Origin: an uncultured Verrucomicrobia subdivision 3 bacterium
GTDB lineage: Bacteria; Verrucomicrobiota; Verrucomicrobiia; Limisphaerales; UBA11358
Reading direction: 5' to 3'
Assembly (NCBI GenBank): GCA_903911825.1
Contig: CAIWFB010000216.1
Span: forward strand, 1,317 to 65,316
DNA length: 64,000 nt
Shown: positions 1 to 10,161 of the stretch, piece after piece
Position numbering within the stretch: the first letter of the stretch is position 1
Layout: each line of letters starts with the position of its first letter
Notes under the pieces: model-generated
What the model was told of the DNA's origin: nothing
What the model saw: only the letters and a program-made list of their open reading frames with translations
Databases searched by the model: none
Program-made: the position numbers and the translations under genes

Positions 1-135
1 TGGGCGGAAAGAGGAAAGGCCGACAAAATAAAAAGCTAAAAAGCTGACACACTGAAAAGCTAAAAAGCTAAAAGGCTGAAATACTAACAAGCTGACAAAA
101 TAAAAGGCTGAAAACGGAAAGCGGAGGTTCAGGGT
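1..135. repeat. Phased 8-bp repeat array A (cut by window edge)
   Basis: In-register octamers aagctaaa aagctgac acactgaa aagctaaa aggctgaa atactaac aagctgac ..., ending in gcggaggt. A-rich on the + strand. Lies just 3' of the GT gene that stops at 173. Confidence 0.85.
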
Positions 136-172
136 TTGAGCGAACGCACGTTCGCGGCTACGGTAAAAAATC

Positions 173-1363
173 TCAGACGAGGCAGTCCGGGCGGGGGCGA
201 CGGCCGTGGAGCCATTCATACACCTCGGACAATTTAGCCAAGACGGTCGCTAAGGCATATTTTTCCTCAACCAACCGCCGGCCTGCCTGACCATAGCGCG
301 CGCGCGCGGCGTCATCGAGCGCTAAGGCTTGTCGCAACGCGAAGCACAATTCAGGCTCGGTATTATCCACCAACCAGCCACACCGGTAGGTTTCCAAGTC
401 CGCCCAAGGGGTGTGGCGGGTGGTAATCACGGGTGTCCCGTGAGCCAGAGCTTCGGCGACCACATTCCCAAAGTTTTCGCTACTGGTGGGGAGCACGTAA
501 CACCGAGCATGGTGGAGCAACCAGTTTTTTTGCACCTCATCAACATAACCCAGCCAGCGGCAGCGGCGGGCAACCCCCAATTGTTCGGCCAACTGACGAC
601 ACTCGGCCAGATAGGCGGGCGAACCCGTGCCGGCAATCACCAGCAGCAGCTCCGGCGAGATGGGCACGCCAGACTGGAGCAACCGAGCCCACGCCCGAAT
701 CAACAAATGAAGACCTTTCTTGGGATGCAACCGAGACAGAAACAGCAGGAAGGGCTGCGTTGGCAATAAAGCATCGGGCAAGGGGGCGACCGGGAGTCCG
801 GCCAGTTGCCGATCCAACTCAACCAGATCCACGCCGACCGGCAGCACAGCGATCGGAGTCCGAAACCCAAGGTCACGAAGCTGTTGGGCTTCCTGACCAG
901 AGTTCACATGCAAACAGGTGGCGCCATGGAGTAGACGATCTTGAAACCACCAACGAGCCAAGCGTTTTTGGAACCATTTTTGGTCGCGCGCCCACGTTTC
1001 ATAAGTGCCCATCAATTCCACGACGTAAGGCCGATGATGGCGGCGGGCTTGCACCGCGCCGTAGTGCAGGGCCCGCAACCAAGCCCCATGTAAATGATAG
1101 ACATCGGCCGGAGCGGCTTGAGTCAGCTGCCGGCGGAGCGGAGCGGAACGACCTAATTTTGCCGGAGCGGCCACGGGAAACACGTGCATCTCCACCGGCG
1201 GCGGGAGGCGAACTGCTGGTGACGTGTGCGGATACCCTTCCAGCGTCCAAAGCTCCACACGATGACCCGCAGCCACCTGACCCTGGCAGTAATTGCTAAG
1301 CGATTGGGTCGGCCCACCATGTTCGGGGGAAAAAATTCCTTGGACGTGTGCGATATGCATCAA
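173..1363 (-). CDS. Glycosyltransferase, GT-B fold, family 4-like
   Basis: 396-aa ORF. C-terminal GT4-type segment PTSSENFGNVVAEALAHGTPVITT (E-x7-E). One-base gap to the next GT gene. Confidence 0.85.
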   Translation of the reverse strand: MMHIAHVQGIFSPEHGGPTQSLSNYCQGQVAAGHRVELWTLEGYPHTSPAVRLPPPVEMHVFPVAAPAKLGRSAPLRRQLTQAAPADVYHLHGAWLRALHYGAVQARRHHRPYVVELMGTYETWARDQKWFQKRLARWWFQDRLLHGATCLHVNSGQEAQQLRDLGFRTPIAVLPVGVDLVELDRQLAGLPVAPLPDALLPTQPFLLFLSRLHPKKGLHLLIRAWARLLQSGVPISPELLLVIAGTGSPAYLAECRQLAEQLGVARRCRWLGYVDEVQKNWLLHHARCYVLPTSSENFGNVVAEALAHGTPVITTRHTPWADLETYRCGWLVDNTEPELCFALRQALALDDAARARYGQAGRRLVEEKYALATVLAKLSEVYEWLHGRRPRPDCLV

Positions 1364-1364
1364 T

Positions 1365-2375
1365 TTAGAAAGCGGAGGGGCTGGCTAGTTCGCGATAAAG
1401 TTCTGCGTAACGAGCGGCAATCGCGGGCGCAGAAAATCGTTTTACATTTTCGAATCCGGCGGCAATTATTTTTTGGCGGTAGGCGGCATCCTGGCAAACC
1501 TGCAAGATACCTTGGCGGATGGCGGCCACGTCAAACGGATCCACCAGACACGCTCCGGCTCCAGCCACTTCAGGCATGGAGGAAACCCGGCTGGTGATGA
1601 CCGGCCGACCCGTCGCCTGCGCCTCCAGAATGGGTAAGCCAAACCCCTCGTCGGTGGAGGCGAAAAAGACCAGATCACAGTTTTGAAAAGCGAGTAACAC
1701 TTCCTGATCCGTGGCGGACGGCAGATTGGTGTAAGGAATTCCCGACGCGGACAACATAGCTGATTGAGCTGAACTTAAATGGCCCACGATGCGCAACCGG
1801 CAGGATAAGCCGGCTAACGCCGGAATCAGCCGCTCCAGATTTTTATTGGGCGCCGTGCCGAGATGAAGGACTTCTGGAGCCGTGATAGCGAACGGCCGAA
1901 GCACAGGCACGAACTCCGGCCCCACACAATTAGGCACCACGCGGATTTTGGCCGGGTCGCACTGAAGTTCGTGCAATAACTCCTGCCGAGTGGTTTCCGA
2001 AACCACGGTAACCAAGGCAGCACAGCGCACGGGCCAGGTAAACCAGAACAACTTCAGAACCGCACGACGCCAACCCGTAAGCCGACGCAACGCAGCACAA
2101 TCGTGGATGGTCAAGAGCGTGCGACGCCGATTCAAAGCTAGCGCGAGATAATGCACATCGCCGGTAATATGGTTGATTTGTCCCTGACGCCGGGCCGCAT
2201 CCATCATGTTTAGTAGCCGGGGCCAAACTGCCTTGCTGAAATGCGGGCAAATGTGAGTGACACATTCCGTATCCGCCGGCATCGCCTGCCGAAGGCCGTC
2301 AAAAAGCCGTTCTATGCTGACATAACCCGCCAGCGGGCGGCGGTGAAAATGAACGACGGTGAGGGGAGGAGACAT
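1365..2375 (-). CDS. Glycosyltransferase, GT-B fold, family 4-like
   Basis: 336-aa ORF with ASTDEGFGLPILEAQATGRPVITS (E-x7-E). The ATG directly abuts repeat array B and has no Shine-Dalgarno. Confidence 0.85.
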   Translation of the reverse strand: MSPPLTVVHFHRRPLAGYVSIERLFDGLRQAMPADTECVTHICPHFSKAVWPRLLNMMDAARRQGQINHITGDVHYLALALNRRRTLLTIHDCAALRRLTGWRRAVLKLFWFTWPVRCAALVTVVSETTRQELLHELQCDPAKIRVVPNCVGPEFVPVLRPFAITAPEVLHLGTAPNKNLERLIPALAGLSCRLRIVGHLSSAQSAMLSASGIPYTNLPSATDQEVLLAFQNCDLVFFASTDEGFGLPILEAQATGRPVITSRVSSMPEVAGAGACLVDPFDVAAIRQGILQVCQDAAYRQKIIAAGFENVKRFSAPAIAARYAELYRELASPSAF

Positions 2376-2576
2376 TTTTTAAAAACTAAAAAACTAAAAA
2401 ACTGACATACTGAAAAGCTAACATGCTGAAATGCTGACATGCTGACATACTGAAAAGCTAAAAAGCTGAAAAACTAAAAAGCTGAAAAACTAAAATGCTG
2501 ACATGCTGAGATACTGAAATACAGAAAAGCTGAAATGCTGAAATCACAAAAGTTGAAAGCAAGAAAGTAGAAAAAT
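2376..2576. repeat. Phased 8-bp repeat array B
   Basis: About 25 consecutive octamers (aaaactaa aaaactga catactga aaagctaa catgctga aatgctga catgctga ...). They fill the whole spacer between two co-directional GT genes. Confidence 0.9.
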
Positions 2577-2592
2577 GCGGTCGGATGGTAGA

Positions 2593-3879
2593 TTACCCCA
2601 GCAGTTGCTTTAACAGGTGCTTAATTTGTTCACGATAGCGCTCGGGCGTGAACTGCTGGGCGAATTGTCCGGCAATTTTCCCGTCGCTGACCAAAGCATC
2701 GCGATTACGAGCGTAATACTCGAGTCGTTGCGCGATGGCGTCGCTATTCATGACCGGCACGCGCCAAGCTGGGTCCGGCACTGGCACGCCGCAGTTATCG
2801 GTGACGATCACCGGCAGTCCGCACGCCATCGCTTCTAACGCCACAAACCCAAAGGTGTCCACTAGTGAGGGCAAAACCAAAACGTCGGCGGCGCCATACA
2901 AGGCACGCAACTCGGCTTTATTTTTTTTACCCGCCAACCGGATGGCGGCCGGGGAGCGCGCGAGAAAACGGTCGGTCTCCCCACTGTTAACGCCCACCAA
3001 AGTCAATTGCACGCCCGGCCCACACTGTTCCACTGCGCGGATCAGCCAAGGAATCCCTTTGCGCAACCCGATACCGCCAACAAATAAAACCTGCAAGGGC
3101 GCACGTGCGTCCCGCACCGGCGGAGCGACGGGAGGCTGCCAGAGTTGGGTATCCACCCACAGAGGAATCGGCACCAGCCGTTCAGCGGCAAAACCGTTGG
3201 CCAGAAAACTGCGGCGGTGGACTTCGGAAAGGACCAGCAACACATCCGCCATGGCAAATTCCTCGGCCTTACGCGCCGCCAACTCCGGCGGGTCGAACGG
3301 AACCGGCGGCGGCTCACCCAAAGCCTCAGCCGCCTGCGCCAACAGGCTGGTCAAAAAATCCGGATGGACTTGGGGGCAATCCAACACCTTAAGCATCCCA
3401 CGTTCGCCCGCCGCGCGGAAGGAATCACGCGCACAGGTTTCGGTGCCCACCACCAGGCGACATTCCGAAGCCGACACGCAGCGCGCCACCGCCCGGTCAA
3501 AAGCGAAGTTAGCCTGATACCAAGGGTAGGAGCCGCGAGAGAGCGGAAAGGCTGACGCGAAACGATGCAATAAAAAGGGAACGGGAAATTCCTGGAGCCG
3601 GGAGCGGGGAACACCCGTGATCCGCCGATTCAACATCGTCGGTTGCCCCAGCAAAACGCCCAACCACCGACCCCACTGACCGGGCGCGTCGAAAATCGAG
3701 CCGTAAAACATCTCCAGCAAACCGGCCTCCTCGGCGGCCAGCGCAATTTGAAACGCCTGATGCACGCCGCTGTAAGCCACGATGACGGGACGATTTGGTT
3801 GAAAAGCTGACACGCTGAAAGACTGAAAGCCGGAAAGCCGGATCAAATTTGGTGGTCGCGATTGGGCCGGGGTGGCCAA
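2593..3879 (-). CDS. Glycosyltransferase, GT4-like (true start probably internal, near 3780)
   Basis: PSLVDTFGFVALEAMACGLPVIVTD motif. The first ~33 codons of the ORF (…SGFQSFSVSAFQPN) are just repeat array C translated, and they overlap the upstream gene. A GTG at about 3780 (…IVAYSGVHQAF) is a more plausible start. Confidence 0.8.
   Translation of the reverse strand: MATPAQSRPPNLIRLSGFQSFSVSAFQPNRPVIVAYSGVHQAFQIALAAEEAGLLEMFYGSIFDAPGQWGRWLGVLLGQPTMLNRRITGVPRSRLQEFPVPFLLHRFASAFPLSRGSYPWYQANFAFDRAVARCVSASECRLVVGTETCARDSFRAAGERGMLKVLDCPQVHPDFLTSLLAQAAEALGEPPPVPFDPPELAARKAEEFAMADVLLVLSEVHRRSFLANGFAAERLVPIPLWVDTQLWQPPVAPPVRDARAPLQVLFVGGIGLRKGIPWLIRAVEQCGPGVQLTLVGVNSGETDRFLARSPAAIRLAGKKNKAELRALYGAADVLVLPSLVDTFGFVALEAMACGLPVIVTDNCGVPVPDPAWRVPVMNSDAIAQRLEYYARNRDALVSDGKIAGQFAQQFTPERYREQIKHLLKQLLG
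3798..3845. repeat. Phased 8-bp repeat array C (short)
   Basis: ttgaaaag ctgacacg ctgaaaga ctgaaagc cggaaagc cgg…, about 6 units, at the junction of the Wzy-like gene stop and the GT gene start. Confidence 0.7.
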
Positions 3880-5282
3880 GTTTTTTGTCCGCTGCTAACG
3901 CTTGGTTCAAGCTCAGTTTTTACGCCGGCGGGCTTGGCTTGAGGATTTAGTTCTGCCGCCGCCAGCACCACCGCAAAGATCAGCCAAGCAAAGGCCGAGG
4001 CCGTGTGGTTGAAAATGACCGCCCCATAAAACATGGGCAGCAAGAATAGTTGGGTGGCGGTCAAAGCGGATTTGGCGCCGCTGGACTGGACTCCCCGCTT
4101 AGCCCGCTGAAGGGCTAGGATGGCACCTGCGCACACCACCAGATAACCAAGTAAACCCAAAGCCCCAGCCTCCATAACCAAGCGGGGCAACGCACTTTCA
4201 AAATGATTAAAACCGGCTTGACCAGTGGTATAGAACTGACCACCCACTTGTTCCGAGCCAAACCCGTTACCCAGCGGGGACAACTGCAAAGCCCGCACCA
4301 TTTCACTCAATGGTCCAAACGCCCGATCACTAAAGGTATCGCCCGCGGTGGCCTGTCGCTCCAACAAACCACTGCCTAGGTTTGAGAAAATTCCGGTTAC
4401 CCCGAGCGCAGCGGCCACCGCCAGACCCAACACACCCACAAACAGACCACGCAAGAAAATCGACAAACCATCCTGGGCAGAAACTAGCCAGCCCAGAATC
4501 ATCGCCAAGCCAATCACCACCGGACTCCGCGAAATCGAGGCCAGCGCACACCCCATACCAGCCGCCAACGCCACCCAAGCGACCAGCCTTTGCCGCTGCG
4601 AATTGGCCATCCCCATACCCACCAAACCAGCCCAAATTCCGGCCGAGGAAATCAGTGCCAAGCCGGCAATATAAGCAAAGGTGCCCGTGGCCCGCACCCC
4701 CGATGCCGCCTCGATCACCTGCATGTCAGCGTCGGCATAGCGGTTCAGAAGATGATCGGCAGGCAACCGGTTTTGTTCGACGCCCAGCGCAAAATTGAAA
4801 ATGGTCAAGATGGTCAGCAAGCCGACCACCTGCCGCAACGGCAAACCGGCCAAGCGCGGCACCACCAGCCACGCGATGAACGGCAGCACTACCACGGCAC
4901 GCGCGGTCAACACCGCGCCCACCGGGTTCAAGCCATGCGCACAGCTGATCGCGGCGCCCGCCAGTAACAGACTGCATCCGGGAACCAGCCAATTGCCAAA
5001 AACCTGAAGGGCCGGTGAGGGCTGACTCCGTTGCGGATAAAACAGCAAAGCGGCAAAAATGAGGTCCTTGGAGAAATACATGAGGTATTTGGCCGCCCCA
5101 CCGCCAAACCCCGGAACCCATTTGCGAAAGGCGCCCTCTAGCACCGTCATCGCCAGCGCCGCCAAAGCGACCAGCCAGACCCTTTGAACTGGGCTAGCGG
5201 GAGCCATTCTGCGTTTAGGCCTTACCGACCAATCACGCACGAACGGCGGCGTTGCCTCAATTATCTTCTGGTCCAAATTCAT
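3843..5282 (-). CDS. Polytopic membrane protein, O-antigen polymerase/ligase (Wzy-like)
   Basis: 479-aa ORF with many hydrophobic helices and one larger loop. Embedded in a GT operon. The family assignment rests on architecture and context only. Confidence 0.55.
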   Translation of the reverse strand: MNLDQKIIEATPPFVRDWSVRPKRRMAPASPVQRVWLVALAALAMTVLEGAFRKWVPGFGGGAAKYLMYFSKDLIFAALLFYPQRSQPSPALQVFGNWLVPGCSLLLAGAAISCAHGLNPVGAVLTARAVVVLPFIAWLVVPRLAGLPLRQVVGLLTILTIFNFALGVEQNRLPADHLLNRYADADMQVIEAASGVRATGTFAYIAGLALISSAGIWAGLVGMGMANSQRQRLVAWVALAAGMGCALASISRSPVVIGLAMILGWLVSAQDGLSIFLRGLFVGVLGLAVAAALGVTGIFSNLGSGLLERQATAGDTFSDRAFGPLSEMVRALQLSPLGNGFGSEQVGGQFYTTGQAGFNHFESALPRLVMEAGALGLLGYLVVCAGAILALQRAKRGVQSSGAKSALTATQLFLLPMFYGAVIFNHTASAFAWLIFAVVLAAAELNPQAKPAGVKTELEPSVSSGQKTWPPRPNRDHQI

Positions 5283-5335
5283 GCGTTGTTTTTACCGATG
5301 CCCCGACGGTCTCGGCCAGGGCTGCTTGCAGTATT

Positions 5336-6361
5336 TCAGTTTTTCCGTGCCACCGCCTGTTGAATCACTGCCAAATAGCGGGTCGCGACCTTGGTGGCAT
5401 GCAGGTCACGCAAATGCGCCGGGCCATGGGTAAGCAACTGGAGCCGGGCGGCATCATCCCCTAACAAGGTGAAGATACGGTCGGCCAGTTCTTCAACATT
5501 ATCATTGGAGAACGTCACCCCGCACGCCCCCATCGCTTCCGGCAAACCGCCTCCCGCAGAGCCGATGACCGCACAGCCACAAGCAATCCCCTCCAACGCT
5601 ACAATCCCAAAAGGCTCATTCCAACGCGAGGGCACCACCAAGATTTTATGCGCGGAAAGCAGCTGGGCAATCTCCGCTGGTCGCTTACGGCCCACAAAAA
5701 TCACCTGGCCGGTCAGGCCGGTGTCACTGACTTGCTGTTCTAACGCCGCCCGTTCCGGCCCGTCGCCGATCACCGTCAGGGATGGACAAACACCCCGCTG
5801 CTTGAGTTGAGCCATCGCTTGTAACAGCAATTTAACGCCCTTGTCCGAAACGAGTCGGCCCACGAACGCCAAATCACGCGTGCGGGCGATGCCATCGCGG
5901 ATATAAAACACCCCATCATCGTAGGGATTATAAATGATCGTGCTGGAGCCGGGCAGAGTTCGCGACACGGCCTGGCTGACGGCGATATTGACGGCATAGC
6001 GCGACACCCATTTTTTGAGAAACCCCCAAGTGTCCTCGGGCGAATCATACCAGATCCCGTGCTTGACCACATACGGACGGCGGACCAGTAGCAGCGGCCA
6101 GAGACCGCGCAGACTGATGCCGTTTTGCATGAACACGTCGGCCCCACGCGTCAGCCGCAGGAACTCCCGAACACCCGGGTTGCGAACGATGGGATAGGCA
6201 AAGGTTCTTTTGGCCACGCGCGGATCTTCCAGCACCCGTGTCACAATCGTCACCTCATGCCCTGACCGCGTCCATTCATCCGCCAGAATTTCGGCGATCG
6301 CCTCCATGCCGCCCACGCTCGGATAAAAAACCGTATAAAAGAGGATTTTCATTCGACACAT
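5336..6361 (-). CDS. Glycosyltransferase, GT4-like
   Basis: PSRWNEPFGIVALEGIACGCAVIGS motif. The likely start is MKILFY (about 6352), which removes the overlap with the upstream gene. Confidence 0.85.
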   Translation of the reverse strand: MCRMKILFYTVFYPSVGGMEAIAEILADEWTRSGHEVTIVTRVLEDPRVAKRTFAYPIVRNPGVREFLRLTRGADVFMQNGISLRGLWPLLLVRRPYVVKHGIWYDSPEDTWGFLKKWVSRYAVNIAVSQAVSRTLPGSSTIIYNPYDDGVFYIRDGIARTRDLAFVGRLVSDKGVKLLLQAMAQLKQRGVCPSLTVIGDGPERAALEQQVSDTGLTGQVIFVGRKRPAEIAQLLSAHKILVVPSRWNEPFGIVALEGIACGCAVIGSAGGGLPEAMGACGVTFSNDNVEELADRIFTLLGDDAARLQLLTHGPAHLRDLHATKVATRYLAVIQQAVARKN

Positions 6362-7494
6362 TTTTGCTTGAGTTTAAGGATGGGGCGCTCAATGCAATAG
6401 TAGGAAAAAATCGCTGTGGCGACCGCTGGTAGCCACCAAATGCGCCAGTCATAAAACCAATACTGGCCTAGTTTAGAGCCGGAATTGACTGAAAGAAAAA
6501 GAGCGTGCCACACATAAAGTGAATAAGACAAAACTCCCAGCCATTCCACCGAAGCCCAGTTCAATATGCGGTGCGACAGACCGGTTGTATGAAAGATGGA
6601 AATCCACATCGCCAGCATTACGGCCAAAGCCTGAACGCCCGGAATGAATGAATCCAAGGCTTTATTATGCAGGCAGCCCGTCCATCTGCACCATTCACCG
6701 ACGATAATTACCACCATTGCCAAAACCAACATTAGTGATGCAGAAAACGGTTTCAAGGTGTAATCAATTTTACGAATCAAGAATGCGCCCAGACATCCTA
6801 CTGCAAGTGAATCTGCATAAGCCAGGATTGACCACTCGCCAAAGATGCGCCCGAAAAGCGAACCGTTAGTTCCCATGTTCATTCCGGCCATGCGTTCCAG
6901 AGGACACATAAGCACGGGAATGAGCAAAAGACAGAATGCCGTCTTAAAGCGACGCCAAAGTATAAGTCCAACAATCAGCGCTGGCCAAACAAGGTAAAAT
7001 TGTTCCTCAACTGCCAGGCTCCAAAAATGCGTTGTGAGGCTTGGAGCTTTGCCAAAAATATTTCGGGTGAACGTCAGCACTCCAAACCATGAAGACGATC
7101 CATCATGATACAACCCGAACAAACACAAAACCCCCAAAACCCCCAAGTAGATGAAGTATACCGGGAATATGCGCAGTGCTCGACGTATGTAAAACGATTT
7201 CAAGGAAACGCGCCCGTTTTTTTCCGCCTCCTTCAAGAGTAGATGGGTAATTAAAAAGCCGCTTAACACAAAGAAAAGTCTGACCCCAAGCAGGCCTAAA
7301 GTTTGCAGAAAATATACAAGTGGATATTTTAAGGAAAATAATTCCAGTGGAAACCCCCGCGTTAAATGAGCATGCGATATCAAAACAAGCAGAATGGCCA
7401 CAGCCCTCCAGCCATTCAGGGAAGGAATACGTCCACCCTTAAAAACAGTGTCAAAAGAGCCCGGCTGAACCGGGAGTTCAGTTTTCATAGTCAC
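6349..7494 (-). CDS. Acyltransferase family 3 (OafA-like O-acyltransferase), integral membrane
   Basis: N-terminal SLNGWRAVAILLVLISHA motif and about 10 TM helices over 381 aa. Confidence 0.8.
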   Translation of the reverse strand: MTMKTELPVQPGSFDTVFKGGRIPSLNGWRAVAILLVLISHAHLTRGFPLELFSLKYPLVYFLQTLGLLGVRLFFVLSGFLITHLLLKEAEKNGRVSLKSFYIRRALRIFPVYFIYLGVLGVLCLFGLYHDGSSSWFGVLTFTRNIFGKAPSLTTHFWSLAVEEQFYLVWPALIVGLILWRRFKTAFCLLLIPVLMCPLERMAGMNMGTNGSLFGRIFGEWSILAYADSLAVGCLGAFLIRKIDYTLKPFSASLMLVLAMVVIIVGEWCRWTGCLHNKALDSFIPGVQALAVMLAMWISIFHTTGLSHRILNWASVEWLGVLSYSLYVWHALFLSVNSGSKLGQYWFYDWRIWWLPAVATAIFSYYCIERPILKLKQKCVE

Positions 7495-8362
7495 GCATTA
7501 CCAAAGACATTAATTGTTTTCTGCTAAGCAGCTTGTCGCGCAAGCCGCTTCTCTTTTTGGGACTTAATATGAACTTGCCCCACAGGACAAACCATTCGAC
7601 AACATGACGCAGCAACAAAACCCCGCGACACAGGATCACGAATCGAACCTTGCCATGATTGCGCAGGAGCAGCCAACGGTTGCGATGGAAACGCACCACA
7701 CGCCGCGCAGTCGTTTGAGGGCTGCCAGATCCTCGATGGAAACATTTAAGACTCGTGTCCGTCTTAATGAGCCACCCGGCATCCAGCAGGCGCATGGAGA
7801 AATCCGTGTCTGCATCCAGAAAATCAAACGCCTCGTCAAACCCGCCGATTTGGGCGAACGCCTCCCGCCGAACCGCCATGCAGCAAGAATGAACCACGAA
7901 CCGTTTGCCAACAAACCAGCCACGTTTGGCACACCAACTCCCAACAGCCTGACCCAAAAGAAAATTCAGCAGCGTCGGCTCGGAATCGCCTGCCATCCGC
8001 GTTTGTCCTTCGCCGTTCACTTCGAAAAAACCAAGCGCGCCAAGTCGCGGTTCATTTTGAAAATGCCGCATGACTTGGGGAATCAAATCCATCAATGGAT
8101 ACGCATCACAATCCAGAAACAACACGACCTCTTCATCCAGCAGGCGCATTCCTACGTTGACACTACGGACATAGCCCAGGTTTTTTGGGTTCCGATGAAT
8201 GACAACCTTGTCACTTTCAGGAAATGTTTCTGGCGCATCCGACGCGTCATCCACCACCACGATTTTTGAGATGGAATCTCCGGACGAGTGCAACACCTCA
8301 CGGATGGCGCGCTGGGTCAAAGGCCACGACAGGTAATTGGTGATTAAGACAGAGACCGGCAT
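7478..8362 (-). CDS. Glycosyltransferase family 2
   Basis: N-terminal VSVLITNY…VVVDDASDAPE and LFLDCDAY (DxD) GT-A motifs. Confidence 0.8.
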   Translation of the reverse strand: MPVSVLITNYLSWPLTQRAIREVLHSSGDSISKIVVVDDASDAPETFPESDKVVIHRNPKNLGYVRSVNVGMRLLDEEVVLFLDCDAYPLMDLIPQVMRHFQNEPRLGALGFFEVNGEGQTRMAGDSEPTLLNFLLGQAVGSWCAKRGWFVGKRFVVHSCCMAVRREAFAQIGGFDEAFDFLDADTDFSMRLLDAGWLIKTDTSLKCFHRGSGSPQTTARRVVRFHRNRWLLLRNHGKVRFVILCRGVLLLRHVVEWFVLWGKFILSPKKRSGLRDKLLSRKQLMSLVMRDYEN

Positions 8363-8371
8363 CTTACAAAA

Positions 8372-9307
8372 TTAATTTAGTTTGGCTGGTTGGTAACCGG
8401 AGAGCAATGCCGGCCCTTTCAGCCGCCGCCAGGCGGCAACCGGCAAAGCAGCCAGCCAGAAACCTAAGGCAAAGGGAATACGCCAAGGGCGTTCGCGACT
8501 CCGCCGGTTTAAGACAGAGCTGCGGATGGCGGCGTATAGGAGGGGCAAACAACTATGCCACGAGCCAAAACCGATTAAGAAATACCAGTCGCCGATGCAG
8601 TGGTGAAAATACCAAAACTCTTTCTCCTGCCACCAATTGCGGGCACCACCACCGCGCACCAGCTTCGCACCAAGATGATAAATTTGGCACTTGGGACTGT
8701 AGAGAAATTTGTAGCCTGCCCGCACAAACCGCATGGCAAAATCAGTTTCTTCCCGGTGAGCACCCTTTTCATAATTCTCATCCATGCCGCCTAGTTCCAG
8801 AAAAACATTCCGCCGGATGCCAACATTGCCCGCCATCATAAAACTGGTCTCACGTTCTTTAGAAAAGGTTTTGGGGAAATAAAGCCAGCCGATTTCAGGG
8901 TCTAAGGCTTTTGGCGGCAGAACATCAACTGGTTTGGCATCACCTTCCATGACCTGCCCGGACACCGCTTTGGCACCGGTGCGCTGAAAGGTCTCCGCAT
9001 ACGCCGCCAGAAAATCCGGTTGCACCTGAATATCATCATCCAGAAATAACACCACTTCACCCGTGGCTGCCAGTGCGCCCACGTTACGTGCCATAGAGGC
9101 ATTGGGCTCTGCTTGATGGAGCCAACGGATTTTTCCCTGCTTGTTCCACTTTGTCAGTGCCTTGTGGGTCGCCTCATCCGGTGCCGCCGTCTGATCCACC
9201 ACAATGATTTCGTGCGCGGGATGCGATTGGTCCAGCAACATCTGGATGGTGTCACAAAGGATTTCCCCCCGTCCGAGAGTGGGAATGATGCAACTGATTT
9301 TCATCAA
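8372..9307 (-). CDS. Glycosyltransferase family 2
   Basis: ISCIIPTLGRGE…IIVVDQT…LFLDDD GT-A motifs. 311 aa. Confidence 0.8.
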   Translation of the reverse strand: MMKISCIIPTLGRGEILCDTIQMLLDQSHPAHEIIVVDQTAAPDEATHKALTKWNKQGKIRWLHQAEPNASMARNVGALAATGEVVLFLDDDIQVQPDFLAAYAETFQRTGAKAVSGQVMEGDAKPVDVLPPKALDPEIGWLYFPKTFSKERETSFMMAGNVGIRRNVFLELGGMDENYEKGAHREETDFAMRFVRAGYKFLYSPKCQIYHLGAKLVRGGGARNWWQEKEFWYFHHCIGDWYFLIGFGSWHSCLPLLYAAIRSSVLNRRSRERPWRIPFALGFWLAALPVAAWRRLKGPALLSGYQPAKLN

Positions 9308-10161
9308 TTCCTTATTTCTGGAAGAAATAGCACGTTTGTTGTTCCAATAATTTCAAGCAGTGACAAAGGATTCCGGCTGGCTGGATCAACCGTGGCATAG
9401 TTATACTTCTGCCTGAAAACATCCAGGTCGGCTATTGATACTCCCAGTTTGGCATATGCTTGACTTGCAACCTCACAAAGAATTTTCGGACGACTAGAAC
9501 ATTTGCAATTATCCAAATATCCCTCCAGCCCTTTCAAAACGGGTATTTCAAACCCCTCCACATCAATTTTAATCAAATCAACTCTTTGGAGATTATGTTT
9601 CGAAAAATAATCGCTTAGTCGAATGACCGGAACTTCAAATTGTTCATTGACATCTTTTGGTGCCATAAAGTTTGGAACCATCGTGTTCCAGCCGATATTC
9701 CCCCCCTTGCTAGTGCGAATCGCGGCAGTTCCGGGATTTTCTCCCAGAGCAACTTGGTTGTAAAAAAAATGATATTCGACATTGTTTTTCGCCACAGCCA
9801 TCAAGCGCTCATACAGCCAAGGAACTGGTTCAAAGGCATGCACCTGACCTTTGGCCCCAACAAGCCCCAGTGCCACCGTGCTAATGTATCCACAATTGGC
9901 TCCAACGTCTATGAAAGTATCACCAGGCTTCAATAAGCTTTCGAGGCAGAGACATATGTCCGGCTCATAGTCGCCATAATATATCTCACTCATCATTGAT
10001 CCTAAGTCGAGATTGTATGGAAAACACACCCCATGAACCATGATGATGCCTGAGTTGGGTGGACATGGCATTATGTGGCGACGCCACCACGAAATGGATT
10101 TCCGCCAAAATAATGTTGGGTTGTTTACAAGAACAATAACTGCTTTTTTAATTTTTCTCAT
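9304..10161 (-). CDS. FkbM-family SAM-dependent methyltransferase
   Basis: FIDVGANCGYIS (SAM-binding glycine loop), …VHAFEPVP… and IDVEGFE motifs. Visibly AT-rich. Confidence 0.7.
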   Translation of the reverse strand: MRKIKKAVIVLVNNPTLFWRKSISWWRRHIMPCPPNSGIIMVHGVCFPYNLDLGSMMSEIYYGDYEPDICLCLESLLKPGDTFIDVGANCGYISTVALGLVGAKGQVHAFEPVPWLYERLMAVAKNNVEYHFFYNQVALGENPGTAAIRTSKGGNIGWNTMVPNFMAPKDVNEQFEVPVIRLSDYFSKHNLQRVDLIKIDVEGFEIPVLKGLEGYLDNCKCSSRPKILCEVASQAYAKLGVSIADLDVFRQKYNYATVDPASRNPLSLLEIIGTTNVLFLPEIRN

